Shown: in pieces, positions 19,250 to 31,000 of the stretch
Position numbering within the stretch: position 1 is the first letter of the stretch
Layout of the letters: each line of letters begins with the position of its first letter
IMG/VR virus record: IMGVR_UViG_3300032116_022045
DNA length: 64,000 bases
Strand: one strand, 5' to 3'
DNA from: a virus
Lineage: Duplodnaviria; Caudoviricetes
Position numbers and translations under genes: made by a program
Notes under the pieces: generated by a model
What the model was told of the DNA's origin: nothing
The model's input: the letters and a program-made list of their open reading frames with translations, nothing else
Database searches by the model: none

Positions 19250-21742
19250 TTAGTATTTTATTAATTTCTTTATCTTTTCTATTTCATTTTCTATTAAAAC
19301 TTCTTTTGGAATAACTTTCCTTTCAAAAATTTGTGGTCGATTAGCCTGTTGGTTATTGTTACCACCAGCTTGTTGTTGTGGTTGTTGTTGTTTTTGTTGT
19401 TGTTGTTGATTATTACCACCTTGTGTTTTTAATTTATATAGATATTGAAAAAGACCAATTAATGTTTTTAAGAAATTAGCCAAATTCTTTTTAAATGCTG
19501 TTCTACTTTGAGCATCTTTAGAAAATGATTTATTAGGCATTGAAGCACCATAACCAGCTTCAACCTCTGCAATTTTATTTATATTACCACCACCTAAACC
19601 TTTCATTTTACCAACCATACTATTATCTTTAGTATATTGATTATTAGGGTCTAAATTCTTTATTTTACCTGAGAAAGCGTTACTAACTGTTTTATAATCC
19701 GTAGAATAAACTGTATTTAAAGTTTCTTTTATAAATGTTAAAAGTTGTCTCATATCTTGTTCATTGTCAGGATTAGCATTAGTTAAAGCTTCAAAATTTG
19801 TCATCATAATAGGGTTTGAATCTAATTGATTTAAGAAACCCTTAATAACATTATCATTTGTTTTAGCTAAACTTTTCCTTAAAGTATTTCTAACATACTC
19901 TATTCTTTTTAACAACTCTTCAAATTTTTGTAATTGGTCAACTTTTAAATTTTTTGATAAATAAGTAATAACTCTTTTATCTTTAAAAAATTTGCCTTCG
20001 TATAACATTTCTTCACCTTCTCTTACATAATTTTGATTAGCAAAAAATCTTTCTCTACCACTTTGTGTTTGCCCACCAGCTTGTGCTCTATTACCACCTT
20101 TCATTATTTGACCACCTTGATATGTTCTACCACCTAAACTATCTCTAGCTGAAGAACTTTGAGATTTAGAAGGTGATTTAGCACCAGTACCCATTGTACC
20201 TCTATTATTAACTATAAATTGAAAAAGACTTTTTAAATCATTAAATAAACCATCTGTAGAACCACTATCTTGTGATATTTTTTTCGGGTCTTGAGCTTGA
20301 GCTACAGAAATTGGTGGTTCATCTGGTTTTATAACACCATCCCCACCTTCAATATTTCTAATTGATTGATATAACGCATTAAGTGTTGCAGCTCTTGAAG
20401 ATTTTTGGCCTTTCATTCGCATAAGTTTAACCAAAGCACCAGTAGCTATTAAACCAACACCAATAGGTCCTAATAAAGCACCTAAACCTTTTGCAACAAG
20501 ATAACCAGCACCAACCTTAAGACCAGTTTTCATAACAATTGTTGGTACCATTTTTACTATAGCATTGACAACAAGACCTTGTAAACCACCACCAGTTTGT
20601 GTTACCAATAAATCACCAACACTTTTACCTGTTCCAGCCCAACTACCTTGGAACATTTCACCTAAATTTTTACCATAACTATTAGGGTTTTTAGCAATTT
20701 CTTCAAGAACTTTTTTAGCGTTATCAGGGTCCATAAATATACCACCTTTAGCTGATAATGCATCAATACCAGCTTGTAAATTACCACCACCAAGTTGTTT
20801 TACAGCATTTACAAAATCTTGTGGTGAAGAATTTGGACTTAAGTTTAATCCCATAGCCCTATTCATTATTTGTGTCATACCTTCACCTGGTTTTATTGAC
20901 GCAAAAATTGAAGATTTTTCTTTTACTATTTGTCTAACATATTCAATAGAAGGGTTTTTGGTTATTTCAAGAAATAAACTTTTAAACCATTCTGTATTAA
21001 CTAACCAACTAAAAGCACCTAAAGAAGAACCAACACCAGCTAATGTTAAAGGTAATCTATTTGATTTAAGAGTGTCCATTCTTGTACTAGCAAAATCATC
21101 ACCACCACCTCTTTTTGCAGCTAAACTTTGTCTAACGGCTTTATCATCATAAACCTTACCAGCATCTGATGGTTCTTGTTCAGATAAACCAAATTCTTCA
21201 TCTATTTGAGCCATTTGCTCATCAGTTATATCATACTCTTCATTCATTAAATCTTGTTCAGATTCATTAACCACTGAATATACTGCTGTTAAATCAATAT
21301 CTAAGAATTTTTTAACGTATTCTCTTAAATCATTTATAACACCATTAGCTGCATCAACAGATAGATATCCTTCTTCATTAGGATTTTTTGTTGTAGCATC
21401 AATAATAGAATCATAAACAGCTGCTATTGACATAACAGTTGATAAAAATTGTTGTGGGTCTTTATTATTTGGGAATTGTGGGTTTTCTTCTTTAATTTTA
21501 TCGTTAAGATTTTTAATTAATGTGTTAGATGCTTTATCAATAATTTGTTGTATCTTAGCACCAGCTTCTTGGTCAATTTTACCTCTACCAAAAATTTTAC
21601 CACCAACTTTATATCTACCTAATTTAGACAAACCGTATTTAATTGTATCCATTAAACCTTCATCCAAATGTTTACCTTCATTTAATAAGAAATTTTCTAA
21701 CATTTCTTTTTGTTCTTTTGTAATCTTAATTCTATTTTTCAT
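19250..21742 (-). CDS. Large hypothetical late protein, candidate head-packaged/ejection protein
   Basis: 830 aa. N-terminal IKITKEQ..LLNEG, Gly-rich hydrophobic helices, Q-rich linker and C-terminal LIENEIEKIKKLIKY. Confidence 0.6.
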   Translation of the reverse strand: MKNRIKITKEQKEMLENFLLNEGKHLDEGLMDTIKYGLSKLGRYKVGGKIFGRGKIDQEAGAKIQQIIDKASNTLIKNLNDKIKEENPQFPNNKDPQQFLSTVMSIAAVYDSIIDATTKNPNEEGYLSVDAANGVINDLREYVKKFLDIDLTAVYSVVNESEQDLMNEEYDITDEQMAQIDEEFGLSEQEPSDAGKVYDDKAVRQSLAAKRGGGDDFASTRMDTLKSNRLPLTLAGVGSSLGAFSWLVNTEWFKSLFLEITKNPSIEYVRQIVKEKSSIFASIKPGEGMTQIMNRAMGLNLSPNSSPQDFVNAVKQLGGGNLQAGIDALSAKGGIFMDPDNAKKVLEEIAKNPNSYGKNLGEMFQGSWAGTGKSVGDLLVTQTGGGLQGLVVNAIVKMVPTIVMKTGLKVGAGYLVAKGLGALLGPIGVGLIATGALVKLMRMKGQKSSRAATLNALYQSIRNIEGGDGVIKPDEPPISVAQAQDPKKISQDSGSTDGLFNDLKSLFQFIVNNRGTMGTGAKSPSKSQSSSARDSLGGRTYQGGQIMKGGNRAQAGGQTQSGRERFFANQNYVREGEEMLYEGKFFKDKRVITYLSKNLKVDQLQKFEELLKRIEYVRNTLRKSLAKTNDNVIKGFLNQLDSNPIMMTNFEALTNANPDNEQDMRQLLTFIKETLNTVYSTDYKTVSNAFSGKIKNLDPNNQYTKDNSMVGKMKGLGGGNINKIAEVEAGYGASMPNKSFSKDAQSRTAFKKNLANFLKTLIGLFQYLYKLKTQGGNNQQQQQKQQQPQQQAGGNNNQQANRPQIFERKVIPKEVLIENEIEKIKKLIKY

Positions 21743-21764
21743 ATTATAAAATTTTTTTTATATC

Positions 21765-21773
21765 TATAAATAT
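21765..21773 (-). promoter_or_regulatory. Putative late promoter (ATATTTATA)
   Basis: Motif upstream of the ATG at 21742 and downstream of the sheath terminator. Confidence 0.5.
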
Positions 21774-21788
21774 ATAAATTAATTAAAA

Positions 21789-21831
21789 AAAACAAAAAAG
21801 CTGTTAATTATCTTAACAGCTTTTTTGTTTT
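21789..21831 (-). terminator. Strong intrinsic terminator after the tail sheath gene
   Basis: aacaaaaaagctgttaa/ttaacagcttttttgtt perfect inverted repeat with flanking U-runs. Confidence 0.8.
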
Positions 21832-21850
21832 ACGTTTTAACTAATATAAA

Positions 21851-24691
21851 TTAGATATTATCAAAAGACGCTCCTGTATTCATCACCACAAATTCAATTT
21901 TTATAAATTCTAGTGAACGGGTTGGTTTTAAGAAAATCTGTCCAGATAATTGATTTCTATCAATATCTTCAGGGTCATTTGAAAGAACAACACGGAAATC
22001 AGTTAAACCTCTTTCACTTCTAATGTTATCCAATATTGGATTAACAAGAGCTAAGAATTGGTTTCTAACCACTGAATCATTTTGTTCGAACAATAATCTA
22101 ATAGCAACAGCAGATATAAGTTTTCTTGCTTGTAATAAAAGTCTTCTAACGTTTATTCTATTAAGAGCAGTTTCTTTAACCTGCATTGTTTTATTACCCC
22201 AAATTTTAATACCATCACTTGTGAATGTTGCAATAGGGTTAATTCTATTTTCATAAAGTGTATCTCTTTGAGATAATGTTAATTTTGTTCTTGCTTGAAT
22301 AGCATCAACATCACCACGCTGAACACCTGCAACAGCAAACCAAGGGAATGCAATGTTATCAGTTAAAGCGATATTTCTAACAACATCTCTTGTAGGTGGA
22401 ACGAAAATTAAAACATTATTTTCAGTGTCATTTATTTGAACCCATGGCCAATAAGTACAAGAGTAGTTACTATCATACATATCACCTATGTTATCAACAA
22501 CATCATCAACAGTTAATAATGTTTCATTATAGTAATCAGGAGTTGTCATGATATACAATGAATCTGCTCTTTCTTGTTCAACCATTTCAATTGTTGCTTC
22601 AACAAGATTAGTGTTATCAAAGTTATCAATACCTGGTGTTGCAAATACGTTAACATTCACAGCTTCAGGGTTTCTAAATGTCCAGATACCTTCTAAGTAA
22701 GCGTAATAATCAGAAGTTATACCTAAATCACCATTAGATAATGTTCTATTAGAAAACGCACCACTAGTTAAACCAGCAGAACCATAAACACCGTTAATTA
22801 AGAATCTATCAGTATTACTTCTTCTTGTTCTGTAAACATCCCAACCATCAAAACCACCATAAGGAACTAAAGTAAACTTACGTGCAAATACTTTTTCGTA
22901 TGGACCACCAATTAAACCAGCTTCAGTTCTAAATTGAGCCACACCAGTGTCAAATAAGAACACTGGACTATATGTACCACCACTGTTATTTATAACTACA
23001 ACAACGTTATCTATTGTAGCACCAGTAGCACCAATATCCATATGGAAACCATTAGTTAAACCAGTCCAAATATCAACACCAGTAATGTTAGGAACACCTT
23101 TGTAATCAAAGAAGTCAGCGTCTACACCAACAATATTTGAAATACCTAAGAAAGCTCTTCTTTTATTTTCAAAAGTACCATAAGATTTTTTATAACTTAA
23201 TACTGGGTCAATAACTGTTGTGTTACCATTTTCTTGGTAATCACGTATTGGATAACCAATAAAACCAGCAGGGAAAGCTTCACTAGTATCTGAAGTGTCA
23301 TCTAATTCAGCTAAAACATATACAGAATTAGAAACATAAACACCATCTAATGTACCTATTCTTCTTGCAATATAATTTGCTGAAGTTGGGTCCATCGTAC
23401 AACGTGTGAAACTTTCTAATACAACTGGATTTGCATCAGTATCATAGAAAGACCTGATAACAACATCAAATTCTCTTGTATCTGGTTTAATGTTTGTTAT
23501 AGAGATTTTAAATTGCTCGTTAGCAGCATTACCATCAGAAATTGTCCAGAATCTAAATAATCTTAATACTTTATTACCACGTAATTCAGATACGACATAA
23601 GGTGTAACTGCTGGACTGTATTCTTTAAGATAATTATAGAATTCTCTATCGTAACTAATTAAAGATTGTTTAATACCTCTGATTTTACCATCAGTATTTA
23701 AATTTCTAAATAAATTATCATACAATTCTTCAACAAATAAAGCTGTTTTACCATCTTGTGCTGTTCTTCCCAATACTTTAGGTAAATAATTTCTTTGTGT
23801 TCTATCCATAGAAACATTGTAATTAAAATTACCTTGTAATGTAGAATTACCGCTTAATGAGAATGTACCAAGTGGGTCTGTAGTAGCACCACTAAACGTT
23901 GGGTCAAAAATAACACCTGTTGCACCAGTTACTTCAAAAGAAGGTAATTGAGTATTAACGTTTATTGTACCTCTAGAACGAAGTAAAGCGACTAATTGAT
24001 TTTCTACACCAGAATATACAGTACCAGAATAATATACTGTAACACCAGAGGTTGTACCAGTATTTGTGGTTGTTGTTGCACTACCAGCAGCTGTAACATA
24101 AAGATTAAATGATACACCACTAAAATTACTACCAGTTTTTTGATATACTGGTCCGATTGTAGATGTAGCACCAGTTGTTGCTGTACCTAAAAATGCTAAT
24201 TGGGTAGTTAATAAACCATCATTATATAATGTTTGAACAAATGTATCATTAGATACAACATTAGTTACTGTACCAGCAGTTGTTGCCGTATACTCAATTA
24301 AAGTTGCATATGATGAACCTGTTTGTGTGATAGTAACACTGGCTGGGTCTAAAGCAGCATCTAATGTTATACCCCATGCTAGACCAGCATCATAACCTGA
24401 AAACCCTAATACTCTTGTTACGAATAATTGGTTTGATTGAGAAAGATAAGATTTAGCTATATATGGTAATTCATATAATGGTGCGTTATTATCTTTTACT
24501 TTTGTTGCATTTAAGCCACCAAAAAATGATTGAAATTCACCATAATTTGATACAAAAATAGGTTGAAAAGCAGGTCCTTTAGTCGTTTCACCAACTAAGC
24601 CCAATGTAGTTACACCGACTTGTCTGGTAATAAAGGTTAAATCTTTTTCTGATGTATAAACACCTGGACTTACGAATACTTGTGTTGACAT
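21851..24691 (-). CDS. Contractile tail sheath protein (gp18-like)
   Basis: VFVSPGVYTSEKDLT, LVGETTKGPAFQP, YWPWV, PWFAVAG..RG, RDTLYENRINPI, WGNKT, RINVRRLL, LKPTRSLEFI. Confidence 0.95.
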   Translation of the reverse strand: MSTQVFVSPGVYTSEKDLTFITRQVGVTTLGLVGETTKGPAFQPIFVSNYGEFQSFFGGLNATKVKDNNAPLYELPYIAKSYLSQSNQLFVTRVLGFSGYDAGLAWGITLDAALDPASVTITQTGSSYATLIEYTATTAGTVTNVVSNDTFVQTLYNDGLLTTQLAFLGTATTGATSTIGPVYQKTGSNFSGVSFNLYVTAAGSATTTTNTGTTSGVTVYYSGTVYSGVENQLVALLRSRGTINVNTQLPSFEVTGATGVIFDPTFSGATTDPLGTFSLSGNSTLQGNFNYNVSMDRTQRNYLPKVLGRTAQDGKTALFVEELYDNLFRNLNTDGKIRGIKQSLISYDREFYNYLKEYSPAVTPYVVSELRGNKVLRLFRFWTISDGNAANEQFKISITNIKPDTREFDVVIRSFYDTDANPVVLESFTRCTMDPTSANYIARRIGTLDGVYVSNSVYVLAELDDTSDTSEAFPAGFIGYPIRDYQENGNTTVIDPVLSYKKSYGTFENKRRAFLGISNIVGVDADFFDYKGVPNITGVDIWTGLTNGFHMDIGATGATIDNVVVVINNSGGTYSPVFLFDTGVAQFRTEAGLIGGPYEKVFARKFTLVPYGGFDGWDVYRTRRSNTDRFLINGVYGSAGLTSGAFSNRTLSNGDLGITSDYYAYLEGIWTFRNPEAVNVNVFATPGIDNFDNTNLVEATIEMVEQERADSLYIMTTPDYYNETLLTVDDVVDNIGDMYDSNYSCTYWPWVQINDTENNVLIFVPPTRDVVRNIALTDNIAFPWFAVAGVQRGDVDAIQARTKLTLSQRDTLYENRINPIATFTSDGIKIWGNKTMQVKETALNRINVRRLLLQARKLISAVAIRLLFEQNDSVVRNQFLALVNPILDNIRSERGLTDFRVVLSNDPEDIDRNQLSGQIFLKPTRSLEFIKIEFVVMNTGASFDNI

Positions 24692-24731
24692 ATTTTTTTC
24701 CGTTTAATATTTATTTTTATAATTTCTTTAT

Positions 24732-24740
24732 TATAAATAT
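24732..24740 (-). promoter_or_regulatory. Putative late promoter (ATATTTATA) for the sheath gene
   Basis: Motif about 40 nt upstream of the sheath ATG. Confidence 0.5.
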
Positions 24741-24780
24741 TGATTTTTTAACAAAAGTTATAATAATGGAAAAAAATATT

Positions 24781-25047
24781 CTACAACTCTAAATAACCTT
24801 CATATCTATTTTGCATTTGTTCACCATTTATTCTATAATTATGAACACCTGAATATTCATTATTATACCAATAAATGTCAAAACTTATGTTTTTAAAGTT
24901 ATCTGGTTCTGGTGATGGCCAGTTATTTTTTCTAACTTCTTCAATTTTTACCAAAACATCATCTGGTATTTTCCAATCACCATCAATAGTTGAAGCTTCC
25001 CAATTATATCTATAAAAAAAATTAATGTTAAAATTATATTGTTCCAT
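24781..25047 (-). CDS. Small hypothetical protein, possible tail fibre assembly chaperone
   Basis: Trp/Tyr-rich ORF immediately downstream of the large fibre gene. ATG at 25047 preferred (the track gives 25065). Confidence 0.5.
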   Translation of the reverse strand: MEQYNFNINFFYRYNWEASTIDGDWKIPDDVLVKIEEVRKNNWPSPEPDNFKNISFDIYWYNNEYSGVHNYRINGEQMQNRYEGYLEL

Positions 25048-25051
25048 ATTA

Positions 25052-28000
25052 TTAAATATTTGCATCTATTACATTATAAGGGGTTGTTACAAAATTTGTT
25101 ATACCAGAAAATGGTGTTGTATTAAAAGCACATAGATAAGTTGACGCACTAACAGTTGTTGTTGCATTTAAACTAAGACCAGAACCTGTTGATATAGCTC
25201 TTATACCAGTTAATTTAGCATTATTTTGTATTTGTGTTATTGCACTTTGATTTGCACCTAAAGCAATAAATTCACTATCTCTAACATAACCAGAAACTCT
25301 AGCTGTCCATTGACCTGTTTTATTAATTCTTAATCCAGTACCTGAAAAACCATTAGCGGTTGAACCACCAAAAGTTCTTTGTTCTGAACCACTTGATGTT
25401 GTGGCTTCACAATTAATAAAAATACCAGTAGCTGAACCATGTGAAAAACCACCAAAAGATGTTATTGCACCACTATTTGACCTAGCCATACAATTTATAA
25501 ACCTACCTGATGCTGTATTTGACCCATTAAAACCACCTTGATTACCACCAAACGAAGCATTTGCACCACCACCAGTAGATATTGCTGTACAATTAATAAA
25601 TTCACCTGACGCATTACCAGAACTACCACCACCAAAAGACCTATTAATATTAGATGATGAAGTCATAATACAATTTAAAAATCTACCGCTAGCTGTTTCA
25701 GTTGCAATTGAAACGGCTGTACCAAAACAATATATGTTTTCAAAATAACCAGATGATGTATTAAAACCACCGTCATTAACATTACCACCAAAACCATTTA
25801 TCTGAGCTAAGTTATTTACGTTAATATTTTTAAATGTACCTGATACAGTAGCACCAGCAATACCAAAAATATTTAAACCTGGGTAATTACTATGTCTTGT
25901 GACAACATTAATATTGTTAAATACACCAGTTATAGTTGTTGAGATACCACCAATGTCAATTCTATTTGGAAATACTGGATTTACTGCACCTATTTCAGTA
26001 AAAGTATTATAATTTATATTTGTAAACGTACCAGATAAAGTTGTTGCATTAAAAAGATTATATGTTATACAATTAAAAATACTATTACTATTTGGGAAAA
26101 AACAAACCAAATCAATATTATTAAACGAACCAGATAATGTACCAGCAGCAGTTGTTCCAGTAGCACTAAATAAATTCATTATAACGTGGTCAGTAGGATA
26201 AGTAGACCCAACACCAACAGCTAAAGTTAATAATTGTATTTGACTATATCTACCAGAAAAAGTAAAACTATTATTATGTATTCTTGTATTAACACCAGCA
26301 TTTGGTCCATATTTAAAAACAATATTGTTCCATTCTTCATTAGACCTAGTTGTAGTGTTAACACCATCAATACATAATCTAGCTGTAGTATTAGCATTAT
26401 TCTCTATTGTTAAATTTTTTAACCTATAGTTAGTAATTGAACCTAATGTAACAACTGTCGCACCTGAAGAGTAAATAACAGCTAAATTAGGGTCAGATGA
26501 TAAACCAATTATATCAATAAAATTGTTTGATAATGTGAATGTTGTTGAACCTATATCATAAACACCTGGTTGTAATATAATACTATATCTATTACTATTA
26601 GATAAAGCACTACCATATGGTGTTCTTGTTGTAGCATAAGTATATGCAGCTTTTAAATTGTTTCCGTTAGTCACTTGATTAGAACCAACAGTAACAATTA
26701 AAAATGATTCACCGCTATAAGCTAAACCATCTTGATAACCACTAATTGTAAACGTTCCGCCAGTATTATTTATAAAAGTCGTTACACCATTAGCGTAAGT
26801 ACCACCTGTAACAAACACATCACTTCCGCTACCAGTGCTTGTGCTAAAACCACTAACTGAAAATGTACCACCTGTATTATTTGTAAACACAGCTGTACCA
26901 GCAGAATAGGTACCACCTGTTACAAATACATCAGTATTTCCTGTAAATAAACCTGTTACATTAAATGTACCACCAGTATTATTCGTAAACAATATATTAC
27001 CATTAGAATAAGTACCACCAGTTACTGTAACATCTATTGGTAAATTCTGATATGTTGTTGCTGATATTGTATTTGAAAATAATGTACCACCAATTGTTGT
27101 GTTTCCAGTTATCGTATATGAACCATTAAGTGTTTTTGTATTAACCCAAACATCATAACCATTATAAGCACTATAAACCAATAAATCACCATATGTAGCA
27201 CCAGTTGCAATTACATTATGCAATTCATCTAATTCATAACCATTTTGTGGTTTAACATATAATTGACCATTACCAGCATTAGCTCTTTGAACAACACCGA
27301 TAAAAACAAGATGATATGGGGCATATTGTTTTGTTTTTGTAAAACCACCTGGAGTTGAATCAAGCCAAACAATATCACCTTCTGTGTAAGAACCCAAATT
27401 TAACCCATCAAGTGTACCTTGTGTAATTACATAACCTAAACCATTTACTGCTATTGTTTCTGCAACAACACCTAAAGTTTTTGAAGATGTTGTATCACCA
27501 GTATTTGATGCTCTTTTTACAGATAGTTTATCACCACTAGCACCAAAAATATAAACAACATCACCTTTATTTAACGTAACAGAATCAACGTTTTTAACAT
27601 AAGAAAAAACAGTTTCCCCAATTTTTTGTATGACATTACCACCAGTCATTGTCACTTGAGGAACACCAAAATCAGAATTCCAAGATATTTCACCAACATT
27701 TGGTGTTCCAGTATATGATGTGTTAAAACCTAAATAATTTATATTAGAAACACTTGTTGCTGTTACTGCATTAAAATTTGAATTACCAGTGACAGATAAA
27801 TTACCGTTAATTGTTAACCCTGTTAATGTATTAAATAAAACATTAAATGTACCACCAGTATTATTTCTAAATGTGAATGTATTATTAGAATATGTACTAC
27901 CAGTAACATTTACATCTATTGGTAAACCATAATAAGTTGTTGCAGAGACACTAGAACCACTAAATCCACCAGCAGCAGTAATAAATGATGTTATTACACC

Positions 28001-31000
28001 AGCAGTATTTTGACCTTCTAATAAATGTGTTGTTAAATCTGGACTTCCAGTACCATTTTGAATTGTTAACGCACCTAAAGTTGAATTTATTACGATTTCT
28101 GGAGTGGGACTATTATTATATGCTTGTTGAAGAGTAGTTGTTGATAAACCAGCTGTACCACCAAGAGCTTCACCAAATTTAGAAACTAATGTAAATATAG
28201 CATCATTTGTATTTGATAAATCAGTAGCACCATCTTTAACAGTTAAAAAACCAATAAGTATACCATTATCTCTATTATTGGAATATTCCACAAAAACTTC
28301 ACTTTGTATACCAGCTAAAGCTTTAGCTAATGTTGGATAATGAGTTTGACCATATTGTATTCTAATTAAACCTGTTGGAAATAAATAAATTCTTTGTGTT
28401 GTAAAAGCACCAGCACCTGGTACATCTGTAACGACTCCATTAACGTCATACTTTGTAGTATCAATTGTTGTTGTATCACCTAATGTACCACCTGTTTGAG
28501 TCCTATATGCAAATGTTGCAGGTGAACTACCAGATATAGTAACACTATTAGGATTAAGTTGGTCAGCATACCAATTAATACCATTACCCCATAAAACACC
28601 AGATGAAATGTTTATATTTAAATTAGCACCGTTAGGGCTAGGTATTACACCAATGTTTATTAATTTAAAAGATGTCCACATATCACGTAAAGCAGACATT
28701 GGACTAACATCAAAATCAGTTGTATTGTTTACATTAAGTATTGTTGTTCTACTAGGATGAACTACCTTACCTAAATATATATTTTGTCTTCTCTGTTGAG
28801 GTGTTGGAAAACTATTTTGTAAAGAAACTGTTGATGCGCTATTAATTAAAACATATGTTGCATCAGATGAACTTAAATAAGGTGTTGTTATCCCAGTCGT
28901 ACCACTATATATAATATTTATTACTTCTGGTAATGTAGCTTTTTCATATGTATTATTGACTATCCATCCTTTTAAAGGTGCTATTGAAAATAATGTATTG
29001 GAAACTTTTGTTAACCCAGTAAATTCATAAACCCCAGTTGATATTACATTACCTTCAAGTATATTTCTTTCAATACTAGTTAATGATAAGCTATTATCTT
29101 CATTATTAATATTAACATATATCTTACCTGTTGTTGAACCAGTTTCAATCACATAACCTATTTCATTAGTCCTAGAATTAAAAGATAAAGAAGAAGTAGT
29201 TGAAACATAATCACCATCATTATCATCAGATAAATATAATATATCACCGTTTGAAAAATTATTAAGGGTTATACCACTTAAAATACCATTATTTATGATT
29301 AAACCTTCTGAATTATTGGGTATGTTTTCAGCGGATAAACCAACGGGTCTTCTAGCATAAATAGTATTAATATTTTTAGCTAATGCGATACTTGGCAATC
29401 CATTTGATGTACCTGTTATTGTTACAACCTTACCTTTATTAATTTGGCTACCAGTGCTATTATAAACTCTGGTATATAGTTGTTGACCCATAGCAATAGG
29501 TACATTATTATTTAATATATCATAATAAGATAATGCTTTAGAACCATTATCAAAAAATACTCTACCACCAATTGCTATTGGGTTTGTTGTTCCAGTATTA
29601 AAATCAATATAATTAGTTACATTAATTGTATTAGCTGTTAAACCAGAATTAAATATAGTAGCACCAGTAACCGTACCACCACTTAATGGTAAATAAACAC
29701 CATTAAAACTATTTTGTGTTGTAAAACCAGTTAATGTAAATGTACCACCAGTATTATTTATAAAATTTGCAATACCAGTGTTTGAATTATAAGTACCTCC
29801 TGTAACAAACACATCAGTAGCACCAGTATAAAAACCATTTATTGTAAACGTACCACCAGTATTATTTCTGAAAGTAGCTGAACCATTAGAATAAGTACCA
29901 CCTGTAACAAACACATCAGTATTTCCTGTGAATAAACCTGTTACATTAAAAGTACCACCAGTATTATTTATAAATAATATATTACCATTAGAATAAGTAC
30001 CACCTGTTACAAATACATCAGTAGCACCAGTATAAAAACCAGTTAATGTAAACGTACCACCAGTATTATTTCTGAAAGTAGCTGAACCATTAGAATAGGT
30101 ACCACCAGTAACGAATACATCAGTAGCACCAGTATAAAAATTATTTACAGTGAATGTACCACCAGTGTTATTTGTGAAAGTGGCTATACCAGTATTTGGG
30201 TTATACGTACCACCTGTTACAAATACATCAGTATTTCCTGTAAATAAACCTGTTACGTTAAACGTACCACCAGTATTATTTGTAAATAATATGTTACCAT
30301 TAGAATAAGTACCACCTGTTACAAATACATCTGTAGCACCAGTATAAAAATTATTTATTGTAAATGTACCACCAGTATTATTTGTAAATGTTGCAACACC
30401 AGTACTTGGATTGTATGTCCCACCAGTAACAAACACATCTGTATTTCCTGTAAATAACCCAGTTATATTAAACGTGCCCCCAGTATTATTTGTAAACAGT
30501 ATATTACCATTAGAATAAGTACCACCTGTAACAAACACATCTAAAGGTAAGTTTTGATATGTGGTTGCTGATATTGTATTTGCAGTTATACCACCAGTAA
30601 AATTTGTTGCACCAGTTACTGTACCACCAGTAAATTGTGTTGAAGTACTAAAACCACTTAAAGTAAATGTACCACCAGTATTATTTGTGAAAATAGCTAT
30701 ACCAGTATTTGAATTATAAGTACCACCAGTAACAAATACATCTGTATTTCCTGTGAATAAACCATTAATTGTGAATGTACCACCACTATTATTTATTAAT
30801 GTTATAGAACCATTAGAATAAGTACCACCAGTAACAAATATGTCTGTAAAACCGCTTATACTTATGTTAGAACCATTTTTTAAACCTAATGATAATGTTT
30901 GACCGTTATAAGTTCCACCAGTAAGTGAATTACTATCAATAATATCACTTAATTGTGTTGAACCGCTAAAATAATTTGATGCCGTTATGTTATTAGCGTT

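Noticed and set aside
29714-30844. Regularly spaced DNA repeats resembling a CRISPR array or DGR
   Set aside because: The units are about 102-108 nt, in frame and protein-coding, with no unique spacers. Variation is not adenine-specific and no reverse transcriptase is present.
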